From assembly GCA_030265395.1 (NCBI GenBank), contig JARFYF010000036.1:33422546-33486472 (forward strand): a stretch of DNA of 63,927 nucleotides, in the 5' to 3' direction. The notes under the pieces are model-generated. The model had not been told where the DNA came from. It worked only from the letters and a program-made list of their open reading frames with translations, and made no database searches. The position numbers were made by a program, and so were the translations under genes. Shown piece by piece: positions 12,620-26,577 of the stretch. Position 1 is the stretch's first letter; each line of letters starts with the position of its first letter. The DNA is from Rhina ancylostomus (taxonomy: Eukaryota).

Positions 12620-12865
12620 GGGAAGCACGGTAGTGTAGCAGTTAGTGCGACACTATTACAGCACCAGCGATCGGGGTTTGATTCCCGTCACTGTCTGTAA
12701 GGACTTTGTACATTCTCCCTGTGTCTGCGTGGGATTCCTCCAGGTGCTCCGGTTTCCTCCCACATTCTAAAGATGTACAGGTAGGTTAATATGGGTTTTA
12801 AAATGGGCGGCGCGGACCTGTTGGGCCAGAAGGGCCTGTTACCATGCTGTAAATAAAAAATATTA
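12620..12865 (+). mobile_element. Full V-domain tRNA SINE with CR1-type tail
   Basis: Head gcacggtagtgtagcagttag..ggtttgattccc, V core, tail gggccagaagggcctgtt. Confidence 0.9.
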
Positions 12866-15544
12866 AAAAATAATGTTCTTATATTCTTAAAGTTGATAAA
12901 ACAGATAATCAAATTCAATATAATCCACCTCTGGGGCAATTGAGACAGGATATGATATTGTGTCTCTATTTCTCTTTGGGACTACATTCTTTCGTAGAAT
13001 TATGTGCCTCTGCATGGGACTGTATTCCCATTCTGGTACAGGGCTACCTTCGTATTTCTCTGTGGAGGTATGTTCATTTCTAATGAGAATCTGGTCCTGT
13101 TCCCCAGTAAATTTGTGTTCCTGATCCTTGTTGGAATGATGGTGTTATATCCCTTTGGGATTATGTTCAAGTGTCCCAATGTGAATGTTTTCCTGTTTCT
13201 AGGTCCTGTGGGATTTTGGTTCTTTGAGTGGATGTATCCTTCTTTTTCTCTCTGCCATTCCAATAAGCAGCAGAGAGTTTCAATTCATGACATTCTTTTT
13301 GGTTATTTAGGCATGTCCTGGTATTGATTGGACTGTGCATGCATTAACTAAAGTTAGAAATTTATATCTGATTAGTAATATTAAATAGGCTCTGCAGTCA
13401 AATCAGCACGTTGTATTCTGCCTCTGAAATTCTTTCCTCTTTCCACTTTCCACTGAAATCCATGCACCGATGCACTTAACACTACTGACCGCAGATGAAT
13501 TTTTAGACGTCTGTGTGTTAGAATAAGTGGTCCAAATAATGTACCAATATTCGTATTAACTTGCAGAGTAACAGCTCTGCAGTGCGTGCTCCCACAGTCA
13601 AATATATAAACACTGCACTTCTAACAAGTCTGACCCAATCTTTCTGGACAATCAAATCTATTGTCTAAGCAACAATTCAATGTTATGTGCTGTTGCTGCA
13701 TATAAATAGTGTCTCTTTTCATTTTATTCACTGAGACTCAGTTGTACAGCAGTAGTGCTTGAACCACACAGCCGTGTAACCAAAGATCATCTTTTTTTTG
13801 CTTCAAAGGTTGTTCTTCATGTAACATTCATCTTAGTGACTCTGTACAGAATTACTGAACCTGCTTATGGCAAGTCCAATGAAAGCATCAATATATCTGT
13901 GTTTTGTACTTTAAATGTCATGCCTCTTGTTAATGTGATGAACGAACTTTAAAAAGAAATATTAGACATGTGTAGATCTTTAACTGGAGTCTGCTGCCTT
14001 TGATTAAGTATTCCATTTGTTAGAATAACTTCAAAGAAATATTTAAGCACACCTGCTCCACAGTCAGTCAAATAAGAATCCTGAATTTTTTTAAGACATA
14101 TATTCCATCATTTACTCGCACATCTTTAGTAGTGTGAAGAATGCCGAGGCGCCTGAGGGTTATGACATTGAGATGTTATGTGACAGATTTGCAGGTGTGT
14201 TGAAGAAGTGGGTATGTGGTACATGAGGAGTATTAGTGAGCGATGCACAGTAAAGTGGTGGCTCAATGTGAAGGCCATTGTGGTATGAGGGTGCAGTGGT
14301 GGTGGGTGCAATATTTCAGGCAATTTCATCACAATGATTATGGGATATTGTAAAGCCTGTTCCGGGGAAGATAAAAGCGTTTATTAAATGCAGCACTAAA
14401 CCAAGCATCCACAGGGCACCAAACAGTACATTCAGGTGCTGAAGAGACAGCATTTAGAGTGGAGTGTGGGGAATATCTGAGATGATACAGCAATGGTTTC
14501 AGGGTGAGCCTGAAGTAGTAATGCAGTGCAGAGTGTAATTGTGTTGAAGGGTAAGGGTTTTCAATGTCTGGTTTCATGGCATCATTAAAAGGTTGCCAAA
14601 ACATTTCAGCATTTATGTCTTATCACAAACTGGTGCTGGAACTGAAAATTCATTATCTTCCTCCTTGCTAATTATTCACTGTGCATATTTTGCTTAAGTT
14701 CATTGCACTAGCCCTCATTAACAATGCATGACTTAATTAGTGATTTGATCAAAGTTGAAGATTGACGTTCAGATGTTGAGGCTGTGGCTGCGTGATAATA
14801 GAAATACATTCTATTAGTCTTTGGTTAAGTACAGTGCTCATCCAGCTCCTGCTAACCAAGGAAAGGCTTGATGAGATGGAGTTTGCTGTAAATATATTAA
14901 GACATAGATTCAAATCGGTGGTCAAACTGCAGGGAAGTGTTTCACTTTAACTGCTTTCTTTAATTGTTCTTTGTAGCCAGGCAGTGTCTGTTGTAAAAAT
15001 GAAATAATAAAGCCTCGACAGTTTAACTACTTCACGACCTGCGATGTGTAGATTTTTGTTTTCAATACAACAGTTTGATGTCAACCTAAAATGGCACATT
15101 TTTAGATTTGTTGCTGCTGTTCTTTTGTCTTAAACAGATTTTTATTTTTACTCTCGGTATTTTCTACAGTTCGTGAATTTAGGAAAATATTATAAGCTAC
15201 TCATTAAGCTAATGGTGGAGTATCTGTTCTGTCCTAGTCCTTCAGTATGTTGTAAGCACTAAAAAGAATGGGGAACAAAGGTAAAAGTGACAGCTGATAG
15301 TCGAGGAGTGACATTGATTTATAATGTAGGTTGGAGTTAGTAGATAATGCTCACTGTGCAAGGCTGTACTTTTGCTTTTTCACTTCATATAAGACAATGC
15401 TCCTGACGATGCTTTCCATGTAAGACTGTGAACTTGATGATTCTCTCTCATTTTTGAGACTGCGTTCCTTATCTTCCAATGTAATTTTAAACCATTAATT
15501 TTATCAGTGTATGCTAATCTCTCCTTTGTGGGCTGATTTCTACG

Positions 15545-15800
15545 TATTCACTCGTGATGTGGGTGTCCGTGCCAAGGCCAACATTATTGTCCACCCCGAA
15601 CTGCTCTTGATAAAGTGTTGGTAGGGCTTCTTAAATTGCTGCAGTCCTTGTGATGAACATGTGTTCTTATTACATTAGAACATAACATAGAGCATAGAAC
15701 AGTACAGCGAGGAAAGTTTCAGGATTCTGCGCAAGATTTGATGAAAGAACATTGTTATATATCTAAATAGATGGTGTGTTACTTGGATAGGAATATATTT
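15545..15800 (-). mobile_element. LINE family X 3' tail
   Basis: gtgatgtgggtgtcc..ggccaacattattgtccaccc..cttga is the reverse complement of the family tail. Confidence 0.55.
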
Positions 15801-16234
15801 TGTTACATTTTGGAGAATTATATATTCAGGTATGCTGTTGTTTTGGTCTGGAATATTTTTCTATCTAATAAATTGATCAATCCTCCAGGTTTAGATTTAT
15901 TATACTGAAAAGACAATGAAGACCCTACCTTATCCATGTGCCTCATCTTCACGTTCAGTGTAGTAACCTGAATTATGCCATTGTGACTTTCTCACATCAG
16001 CTAGCTGCCTTACTGAGTGACTTTGGACATTTGGAGCTAGTGCAGAGATATGGGTAATAATACACAGGCTTGTGTTCTCTAGAGTTATTCAAAAGCAATC
16101 AATTTCAGCTCCTTGTGGATATACAGAGAATTTCACCCAATTGTTCTGAGTGCACTTAAGGTCAGAAATCTTGCTTTGGTGCCTTTGGCTACTCATTGGA
16201 AAATTGTGCGTGGCTATGATTGCCTACATACAAA

Positions 16235-16578
16235 ATTCTGTCAAGGCTAGGCAGACGGTATACGGCAAGGATGTTTCCCCTAGCTGGGAAGTCCAGAACA
16301 AAGGGTCGCATTCTCAGGATATGGGGTGAGACATTTAGGATTTAGGTAAGGAGAAATTTGTTCACCTAGAGGACTGTGAACCTATGGAATTCTCTACCAA
16401 GGAGGGCTGTGGAGTCAACTTGCTGAATATACTTAAGGAGGTAGATAGACTTCTAGGCATTAAAGGTTTGGGGAGAGAGTGGGAATATAATAGAGAGATA
16501 GGAGATCAGCCATAATCATATGAATAGCAGAATAGGCTTGAAGGCTGAATATTATTCCTGCTCCAAAGTTTCTATGCT
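16235..16578 (+). mobile_element. CR1 3' end
   Basis: ggatgtttccc..tccagaacaaaggg..tggaattctctacca..ggctgtgga. Confidence 0.8.
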
Positions 16579-16712
16579 AATCCATTTGACAGGAAACCCA
16601 TGAGCTAATACTGTTCAATTGTAAGGTGCTCACTCCTACCTTGCACTCAAAGCACCAAAATTGAAGAGTGCATTTTTAAACCCAGGTTGCGGAGTTCAAT
16701 GTTTTTTAATCT

Positions 16713-16833
16713 AGAGTCATAGAGAGATGCAGCATGGAAACAGGCCCTTCAGCCCATTGGGTCTGCACCAACCATCAAACACCCATTTTTGCACTAAACT
16801 CATCCTATCTATTCTCCCCACATTCTGGTTAAT
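16713..16833 (-). mobile_element. SINE 3' end (CR1-type tail) running into a gap
   Basis: cagcatggaaacaggcccttcagccca; matches the 62417-62760 copy. Confidence 0.75.
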
Positions 16834-19800
16834 NNNNNNNNNNNNNNNNNNNNNNNNNNNNNNNNNNNNNNNNNNNNNNNNNNNNNNNNNNNNNNNNNNN
16901 NNNNNNNNNNNNNNNNNNNNNNNNNNNNNNNNNNNNNNNNNNNNNNNNNNNNNNNNNNNNNNNNNNNNNNNNNNNNNNNNNNNNNNNNNNNNNNNNNNNN
17001 NNNNNNNNNNNNNNNNNNNNNNNNNNNNNNNNNNNNNNNNNNNNNNNNNNNNNNNNNNNNNNNNNNNNNNNNNNNNNNNNNNNNNNNNNNNNNNNNNNNN
17101 NNNNNNNNNNNNNNNNNNNNNNNNNNNNNNNNTTTGCACGTGGTGCAGCAAGCACTGAGACAACTGGTCTTGTTATACATATAGTCGGCAATGATAGAAT
17201 CACCCAGTAATAGAAACAGTCAGTCCTATTATATAGTCAGTGCTTTTGTATAATAAATGGGCAGTAAGCCCCGCTGTACATATTCAGTCTCTCATGTTAT
17301 GTTTCCAGTATGTAATATGTAAATGCTATAGAATGTTACAGATACAGAAAGGAGGTGCAAAGTTGGTTGTATTACACATTCAGTAAGGATGCTGTCATTG
17401 TTGCTCTAGATGAATCAATAAAGCTGCTGTTGAGTTTCCTGTCAGCAGTAATGGTGATCAGGAAATGTGATAAACTTTTAAAATTAATCCAAAACAAAGT
17501 CTCTCTGGAACAGAAAGACGAAATAATTGTTGGGACAGGTGGAGGAAATACTTCTCTCTATCATTAAGCTGATCCTTTAGGACCTTTAATGTATATGCAT
17601 ATCAATTACCCCATGGAGATTGGGTGCATTTGCTTGGGACACATTGGAATTCAGCATTGCATTCAGAGAGCACAAAGTGATGAGGAGCTACCCAGTACCA
17701 ATGATGTTTAGAAATTATAATTATGAAAAACTACACTCATTCAACTGTGCCTCTGCAAACTGAGTTCAGTGAGAGTACTTGCTTCAGTGGAACGGAAACT
17801 GAAATTATTAATGTTCAAAATAAGGTTAATTCTTCCTTGAAATAGCAGACAAATAGCACCCAGAAACCATTGTGCACTAATATTGCACAAGTGTCAATAT
17901 CATTGTATTATAGGTATGTGATCTTTGTGGGATTCAGCTGGATTGCCTTGAGAAATGCATCTGCAGAGAAGTTGGGGTTGAAATGTCCCATGCTTATTTT
18001 AACCAAAACCATGATCTCGTTTGTACTGCAGCAGAGACGTTGGAGTCCAATCAAGTCATCTACTTGATCTTATTCTCAGTGATTCAGGAATAGAATTACC
18101 TGGATTTTGCATTATCTACATTAAGAGAGGAACAACTATCCAATTGAAGATCTTTTACAGTTAACTCCAATAAAATGCAGTTTTGCTTAGGGAAGCTTTG
18201 CAATAAAACTTCTTGTTGGCAGGAATAATATGCTGGAACAAATTATTATTATAAATTATTTATCTTTCTCCATCCTATGGAGAAGTAAGTGAGTGTGATG
18301 AGATTCTCTAGCCTCCACCAAGAAAAACGACTGTTCTGGTCGCCGTGTGAGTCTGTAATAACGAGGTTTGATCACTCTGAGGTTTCCCATTTGAAGTCAT
18401 TGTGTGGCACACACACCAGTGGCCTGAAGCTGCGAGACAGTTTTAGCTCTTACACAGTTAATACATAATTTTATATATCATGGTTTGGAGAAAAATGACA
18501 ATTTCAGCAATTTTGACACCTAGCTTTTCCCTGATACATAAACAGCCTTTCCCTAGTTCTCTTACAGGTTTGCTTTACAGAAAGAAAATTCATCATAGTC
18601 ACTCCATTTTATCTGTGAGTATTAATTGTTCAATTTTTTCTTCTTTTTTTCCCCCTGGTGCTGCTTTTTTTTTTGGTACAATTTAATCTCTTGCTGTGAA
18701 CAGAAAGTGCTGTACTGTTACAACAGTTTTGTCATTTTCGCTGTCATCAGGCTGACGCTTGGCTGACAGGTAGCAGATGTGTGGAAGATGGATGCTGTTC
18801 TGAGCAAGGATACAGATTAACTGCAAACAAACTGGGTAATAAATGGGAGATGCAGTGTGGGTTTGATGAGGACTCGTCTGCATGCCGTGATGTATGTGAA
18901 GGCAAGCTGCTAGCAATTTGTATCTGAGAAACGAGTCATCTGTCAAAAAACGAACCGCAGAACACGTTGCATCTGAGCACTACAGATTGCGCTGGGATAG
19001 CAAGATGAATTGTGCCAAAGGGATGGTCATGTGCGGGGTATCTGCAAATCAGATTAAACATCATAGTTAGGGCTTCATAGAACAGCTTGGGTTACTTGAT
19101 TATAGAATAAACAGTGTCTTTATTAACTCCTCCTGAATGTATATGGAATTTTGTATTGACTTAATGTTGCTGGGGTAAGTGGAGTCTTGTGAGGTCCCCC
19201 TTCCTTTATCCATCTTGTCTGTAGGGTTGGTTGAAAGGGTATCAAGAAAAATAGAGCAGATGGAGATATGTTCAGGTCAATCATGAGACACTTGAACCAC
19301 AGTGCAATCTCAAAGGGCTGAATGGCCTGTTCCTCATCCTAATGCTCCTATGAATGATTTCTGAGGTAAAACACCGATTCTGACAGGACCTCCAAATATG
19401 AGGTTCCAGCTGCTTTTGGGAATAATGGAACTTCTTACTCAATAGAAAAGTGCCTGTAATCAATTTTATAAAGGAACGATAGTAATTTTGCAGGATATTT
19501 AATATCTAAATACCTTAACGATACTGAACTGTGTCTGATACATTAGGATTTGACATTTAATGAAAACTGTATGGCTATGACTGGGCACATCTGCAAGAAC
19601 ACAAGATTTTTTAGTCAAATTTTACCAAAGGCACTTTCCAGTCTAGAAAGTGTGCAGCAGAGACATGCAGACAAGGAAGTTCCTATCTTTAATCAGTACT
19701 TGATGTTGTGTTGCTGATTTCTGTGGGGTATTGCAGAGTTCTCCAATTGCCTTAGTGTTCCAAGATTTAAGAAAGTTGGCCAGTTTTGACCTTTTATTGT

Positions 19801-19994
19801 TAATCATAACCTTTGAGTATGTGTGTGTGCTTGATTCTGTTTGTGTATGTGTTTGTACTTTGGAAAAAGACAAGGCTGTCAATGAATCCCATCCATAGGC
19901 TGATGATAATTACCAGTCAGGGTTTGCAGCATGGTACAGTACAATAATGATATTAATATTCTCAGTCCAGATCTCTCCAACACCTGAAAATTTT

Positions 19995-20210
19995 AAAAAA
20001 ACTGCAAATACTGGAAATCTGAAAGTAAAACAGAAAAGGCTAGAGATACTCAACAGATCAAGTAGCATCTGTGGAAAGAGAAACAGTAAACATCTGGTCT
20101 GAGATGCCCCTTCAATTCTGACGAAGGATCTCTGACCTGAAACATTTCTCTTTTGAATGATGCTGCCTGACCTGTTGAGTGTTTCTGGCATTTTCTGTTC
20201 TGTTTTTATC
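19995..20210. mobile_element. Inverted pair of Penelope-type terminal units
   Basis: Left arm aaacagaaaaggctagagatactcaacagatcaagtagcatc is the reverse complement of right arm gatgctgcctgacctgttgagtgtttctggcattttctgtt. Confidence 0.7.
20114..20146 (+). ncRNA. Degenerate minimal hammerhead ribozyme motif
   Basis: CTGACGA-AGGATC-TCT-GACCT-GAAACATT. Confidence 0.55.
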
Positions 20211-20402
20211 CCTCTGTGACCTCTTCCTTCTCCACTTTTAGAATTCATTTCAATCCTGCAACTCTCTGGAATATCTGTTTCTCCAGTTCCATTCTTTTGA
20301 CCATTCTTGAATCCAATCACACAGTCATTGTCAAGGCTCAAGCTCTGCTCTTCCCTCTCTAACTCTCTACCCCTTTCCACTTCCCTTTCCTCCTTTAATA
20401 TG

Positions 20403-20742
20403 CACAGCACGGTGGCACAGCTAGTAGAGCCACTGGCTTGCAGCCCCAGAGACCCAAGTTCAATCCTGACCCTGGGTCCTTCTGTGTGGAGTTTGCATGT
20501 TCTTCCTCTGACTGTGTGGGTTTCCTCGAGGTGTCTGATTTCCTCCCACATCCCAAAGACATGCAGGTTGGTAAGTTAAATGGCCACTGTAAATTGACCT
20601 GAATGTATAAGTGAGCGATAGAATCAGAGGGTAGTTGGTGGGAATGATGGGAGAATAAAAAGTTGTATTTTGTAGGATTAATGTAAATGGGTGGTTGATG
20701 GTTGGTCTGGACTTGATGGGCTGAAGGGCCTGTTTCTGTGCT
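20403..20742 (+). mobile_element. V-domain (HE1-like) SINE inserted in an L2 tail (20270-20795)
   Basis: tRNA head, V core and CR1-type tail; flanked by L2 end ..ctataaaaattaaagttgttgttgttg. Confidence 0.85.
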
Positions 20743-21451
20743 TAGGATATTTTGCTATGTTGAAAGTGCTATAAAAATTAAAGTTGTTGTTGTTGGAGCT
20801 TGGTATCTTCCTTTCTTGGATGCTTGGTATCTTCCTTACAGGAAACAATAGTTCATGGGTCAGTGATTATCCCTTGGAAAGGATGTCTCAAGAAATTATT
20901 ATTCACCTTAATTGTTATATATAAAATCTATTGGCTATTGCTCAAAATGTCAGGGACCAGAGTTCCAAATTTCCTTTTTGGTTTGTAACCCATGTAATTC
21001 CTATGAAAATGCTTCTAATTTGACTAAATATTATTAGATTGTTACATGAAATAGGTAACTGGCAACAAGTAATAGTTACTTTCTCGAGTTGGTGAGAGGT
21101 GTAAAGCAACAGATTGGGGCCATCTCCATATGTGCACTGAATTGAAGTCTTACTGCAGAATTGTTCAAACAGATGCTCACTCCTCAGCATCTGTAACTTG
21201 AGCAAGTGGCTTGTGATGATATGTTGTCCATGCAACAGCCTGTCATCTGGAGGAGTTAAAATGTAAAGTGAGTTATAGTCAGTGCTTCTGTCAGTGAAAC
21301 ATTGTGAATTACCCACCAAGTGATCAGGCTTGAACTAGATTGAGTAGCTTGGTCGGATAATTTTGTATGTTTATGTGCATGTGCATGTGTGTTTAAATGT
21401 TCATGTTCCTATGGATGTGCTTGTATTAGACTGATATCAGTTTGTGCACCT

Positions 21452-22185
21452 ATCTGGATGTACCACGGCTTGCTATGGCAACTGCTCTGCTCAGGACCGC
21501 AAGAAACTGCAGAGAGTTGTGGATACAGCCCAGCGCATCATGGACACCAGCCTCCCCTCCATGGACTCTGTCTTTACCTTTTGCTGCCTTGGTGAAGCAG
21601 CCAGCATATTCAAAGACCCCACCCACCTGGGTTATTCTCTCTTCTCCCCTTTCCCATCAGGCAGAGGATACAGGACCCTGAGGGCACATACCACCAGGCT
21701 CAAGAACAGCTTCTATCCCACTGTTATAAGACTATTGATCAGTTCCCTTATACGATGAGATNNNNNNNNNNNNNNNNNNNNNNNNNNNNNNNNNNNNNNN
21801 NNNNNNNNNNNNNNNNNNNNNNNNNNNNNNNNNNNNNNNNNNNNNNNNNNNNNNNNNNNNNTGTATCTTATAGTCCACATCCCGGCTGCTGTTTGGGGGC
21901 CTGTATATAACTGCTATTAGGATCCTTTTACCCTTGCCATTTCTTAACTCAAGCCATAAGAATTCTACCTCTTCTGATTCTATGTCCCTTCTTTCTAGTG
22001 ATTTAATATCGTTACTTACCATCAGGGCCACGCCACCCCCTCTACATACCTGCCTATCTTTCCTATGTACCCTTGGACATTCAGCTCACAATCACAACCA
22101 TCATTACAATCTGTATGAATGGTATGCAGGACAAGTTTTTCACTGTACCTCGTTACAAGTGGCAATAATACACCAATACCTCCAG
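21452..22185 (+). mobile_element. Rex1/Babar LINE 3' end (split by gap and CR1 piece)
   Basis: YGNCSAQDRKKLQRVVDTAQRI..KDPTH..PSGR..RLKNSFYP; tail tttcactgtacctcg at ~22140. Confidence 0.9.
21862..22085 (-). mobile_element. CR1 ORF2 APE endonuclease fragment
   Basis: EFLWLELRNGKGKRILIAVIYRPPNS; GGGVAL motif upstream. Confidence 0.9.
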
Positions 22186-22194
22186 TACCATTGA

Positions 22195-22530
22195 CCCAAG
22201 GCTACAGTGTGTGCAATCTACAAAATGCACTGTAGTTACTTGTCTAGGTTAAACCTGTGACCACAACTACTGAGAAGGACGCCAAGCAGGCAAATGGGAA
22301 CACCACCACAAACAACTCATACACCACCCTGACTTGGAAATACTCTTATCCTTTCATTGTCACTGGCCTAAGTCATGGAGCTCCTTTGCCAATAGTCTGA
22401 GGGTGTACCTTTACCTCAGGATCAGTGTTTCAAGTAGGTGGATCATCGTCACCTTCTCAAGGCCAGTTAGCCATTGGCCATAAATGCCAGCCTTGCCAGT
22501 GATGCCCGTATCCTGAAGAATAAAAAACAA
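22195..22530 (+). mobile_element. LINE family X 3' end
   Basis: caccaccctgacttggaaa...caccttctcaagg...ataaatgccagccttgccagtgatgccc. Confidence 0.75.
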
Positions 22531-23691
22531 AGGCTGTTGCACAGTACACTAACATAATGCTTTTAACATTCTCAGTTTTATTTTCTCCCTGCACAGTTTC
22601 TTCCCACTCCATGTCTATAATCTCCATCAGCCTTATGTTAAAAGGCATTGCAGCAACTCACCAAGGTTACAGCAATACCTATCTTGTCCAATTCTGACTC
22701 ACTGAACAACCCTCAACAATCTCTCTGGGTGAAGGCAGAGTGAGATGGGGAATGCAGGTGAAAACTAATGGGGCTGGCATCCTGCTACTTCTCAAGAAGA
22801 AAAGATCTCACAATTGGCACTGCTCTAAACAACTTTGCTCTCAAAGGGGAAGAAATGTTGCCAGAACCAGGAAGAGTCACAGCGTTAACAAACTCTTGAG
22901 ATTTGGCAGGAGACCTGTAGCCATGGTAATGATTTGTAGGTTTGATTCTGGGATGTTAAGTGATAACTGTGACACTTACCACAGTCACAGGCTTCAATTA
23001 ATGATTTAGTCTTCAGAATAAAGGAGATTCAAGCCCAGCATCAGTTCAGTGAAGGAGAATACAGAACCTGACTGTAAGTTCCTAAGAATGTTTTTAATAA
23101 TAGAGATACAGCTGGAGAGCTTCCAGTAGTCTTCACATCAGAATCACTTGCTGTTCTCACTGATAATCCCACCTGGCAACTGACTTTGTTGACAGAAATC
23201 TTTCCCTCACATCTCAGTTGTAACTGGTGACTAGACACACTTGCAGTGGAAAATACTTCCTTCAGATGGCTGGCTGGCTGTTTGGAACTCCCATATGAAG
23301 CTCCGTGCAAGTACAGCTTGTCCCTTTTGCATGAATGTGCAAGTGTGTGTGCTCATGCATGTGGATGTGCTTGCTTTTGACCAACATTGTTCACCTCCAG
23401 CATCATTACTGTGGCTATAGTGTGTGACGTCTAGAAAAAGCACTGTAGATACTCACCCAGGTTACTCTGGCTGGAACTTCCAAACCCGTGACCTCTATTT
23501 GCCAAGAATGATGCCAAACAGGCACAAAGGAACACCACCTTGGGAATATATTCAAGCTTCATTCTGACATGGAACTATATTGTCATTTTTCATTATCACT
23601 TGGAAGAATATTACACTGAAATCAATCCTTTTCACATAATAATGATCACACTAGATTACTAAATGAAATATATTCCCTGTTTTCCACACTG

Positions 23692-24520
23692 ATAGAGTTA
23701 TCAGGTTGTGTAGCACAGAAATGGGCTCTTCAACCCATCGTGTACATGCTGACCTTTTTGCCCATCTACATTATTCCTATTTGCCCGTATTTGGACCATA
23801 TCCTTCTATGCCTTGCCTATTAAAGTGTCTGTCTAAATGCCTTTTAAAAGTATTAATTGTATCTGATTCCACCATCTCCTCTGGCAGCACATTCCAGATG
23901 CCAATAATTCTCTGTGTAAGAACCCTACCAAAACTACGCTCTCATGTTGTTTATAGCTGGTCATAGAGTCATACAGCATGTAAACAGGCCCTTCAGCCCA
24001 ACCAGTCCATGCTGCCCAAGATTCCCATCTAAGCTAGTCCTATTTGCCTGTGTTTCGNNNNNNNNNNNNNNNNNNNNNNNNNNNNNNNNNNNNNNNNNNN
24101 NNNNNNNNNNNNNNNNNNNNNNNNNNNNNNNNNNNNNNNNNNNNNNNNNNNNNNNNNTGGCTGTCTACTCTATCTATATCCCTCTAAGCCTTTCCTATCC
24201 ATGTACCTGTCCAAGTGCCTTTTAAATGTTGTTACTATGCCTGCCTCAACCACGTCTTCTGGCAGCTCATTCCATATACTGACCACCTCTGGGTGAAAAA
24301 TTTGCCCCCTCAGGTTCCTATTAAATCTCTCCCTTAGCATCTTAAACCTAAGCCCTCTCGTCCTTGATGCCCCACCCTCGGGGGAAAAAGACTGCACATT
24401 CACCCTGCCTATGCCCCTCATGATTTTATACACCTCCATAAATCACCCCCATTCTTCTACGATCCAAAGAATAAAGTCCCAACCTGCTCAACCTCTCTCC
24501 ATAACTCAGTCCTTCGAGTC
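23692..24520 (-). mobile_element. Two CR1 3' ends (23692-23925, 23961-24520)
   Basis: EVYKIMRGI..SRTRGLRFK..WNELPE..FKRHLDRYM. Confidence 0.9.
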
Positions 24521-25319
24521 TCACTTAATTTTATGTTAATATTGCTTAATGGGTCCTTTTAAATATTGTGTCCAGTTATTGCATTTTCCTCTCCATTGAC
24601 TAGCTGGGAATATATATTATTGCCTTTGGAGATTGTAGTTTACAATTTAAAGGGGAAAATGCACTGATACAAAGATTTATTACAAATATCTTAAATACTG
24701 GAGCTGGAGTCAATGCTCATTGTGATGATGATGTGAATAGGGATGAAGGAATGAACTACCTTCTCTCCAGAGGACAAAAAGCTACAAGGTTTTGTTTCCC
24801 ACCCCAAATCACTCAACTAAGCCAATCTCTAACTGAAAGAAAAGCCACTCCGGCAATCATTGTTCGGAACTGAAGAGTGTGTAATGTTATGGGACGAATA
24901 AACTAGAGGCACTAGACGCCAAATTGCACACTCTTAATGAAAGTGCAAGGAGGTGAGTTGACTCCAAGTCTGTGCTAATATATATCTTTGTTAGTGGTTA
25001 AAGGATGTGGTCAAAAGCAGGTAATTTTTCTGCCTGTCAATAGTTATAACTTACAATAGTTTGTGACTGAGTGAGATCAGTGGAACTAAGCTGAGCTGGG
25101 CTAATAACGGAAGTAATATTCTTTTTAGCATTTTAATGGTGGTGCTGCAATTGACATATTTCTACATCCCATAATTGTCTAGTTGTCTGGTTTCTTGTGG
25201 GTCTGTGTGCTAGATGTTACGTTGGATGTGGTTTCCATTCTGTTGTCCTGTGGCTTACTGCGAGCTCACCCTATTTACTTGACGTAGAATAAATCACTGA
25301 CAGAAAATAACTTTTAAGG

Positions 25320-25680
25320 TCATTGCTAGCAAGACTAACAATTATTGCCCACTCCTAACTACCATCAAACTGAATGGCTGGCTGGGTCATTTCAGGGGAC
25401 ACATATTGGTATGAGCCTGGAATCAGTAATTAAACCCGATTTATGTAGAAATACTAGATTTCATTCTAATGAATGACATCAGTGAACCAAACAGGTGTCA
25501 ATGACAATTTGATAGTTCCATGTTCACTGTTTCTGATAATATCTTCTCAGTCCCCTGCTTATTTAATTAGCTGAATTTAACTGAAGTCCAGCTACCATGA
25601 TGGGATTTGAACTGCTGACGTTGGATTAGTCCAGGGCCATAGTTTACTTATCTAGTAACACAGCCACTGTGCCTCTGTAC
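25320..25680 (-). mobile_element. Meta-domain-type (SlmI-like) tRNA SINE
   Basis: tgggatttgaact B-box reverse complement, gacatcagtgaacca core, attattgcccactcctaa tail. Confidence 0.6.
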
Positions 25681-25764
25681 CCTATATACAGAATTCACAT
25701 GGGAATTGTTGCTTTCACCTTTTGTCAACAGCTATTCTGTCTTTGTATCAATACATCAGTATGT

Positions 25765-26050
25765 CATATAGTTGTACAGCACAGAAACAGATCCTTCGAC
25801 CTAACTTGTCTATGCCAACTTTGATGTCCCTCAATGCTAATCCCATTTTTCTGCATTAGGCTCATATCCCTCTACTCCTTTCCTTTCCAAGAACCTATCC
25901 AAATATCTTTTAAACATTGTAGTTGTATCTGCCTCTATCACCTCCTCTGGCATGTGTTCCATATGGCTACCACCTTCTTTGTGACAATCTTGCCATTCAG
26001 CTCGCCTTTAAATTTCTCCCCTCGCACCTTCATCCTTTGTTCCACAGGTC
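25765..26050 (-). mobile_element. CR1 3' end
   Basis: tacagcacagaaacag..cctctatcacctcctctggca..ttccat. Confidence 0.75.
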
Positions 26051-26577
26051 ACAACAGAGGTAAAACATTGCTCTGGTACCACCTTTGATATACAATTGGA
26101 CATACTTTTGTTTCAGGATCAGACCAAGGAAACTCCAATTATGCCTGATGATGAGAGAATACAGATATTGTATAGCAAATTGATCCTCATGTGGTACCCC
26201 TGTAATCACAGAACTGCAAAAGCTAGTTTCATTCCCTTTAAATACAGAGTTCCCTTCACTCTCAACATGAAATATACTGGAATTATTTTTAGTTTCCATA
26301 AAACTCCTTGGGCTTAATTATATTGGCTTAATCCAAACTGAGTTAGTGTAATTATGCTAAACGTCCCCCAAATAGACATGAGATCCCCCAACAGGAGTCT
26401 CACATAAAGGCAAATTTAAGAGTTTCCATTGGAATACACGAGATTTATAAATTTCTTTTTTTAAAAAGATCTTTTTGGCTTTCTCTTAACTCTTAAGCTT
26501 TGATGATATAAAATGCCAATTAATGGAGCTCTATGCCCTGGTTAATACAGAGCATTGCAACCTATTATGTTGTCCAC

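Noticed and set aside
17677-17763. GTGATGA...CTGA spaced like a C/D snoRNA
   Set aside because: No convincing terminal stem or recognisable guide; such motifs are expected by chance.
19910-20551. 213-aa minus-strand ORF
   Set aside because: Chance read-through of an antisense SINE, an L2 piece and the Penelope inverted repeat.
24740-24780. tgaactaccttctctccagagg resembling LF-SINE
   Set aside because: Only ~20 nt of recalled similarity.
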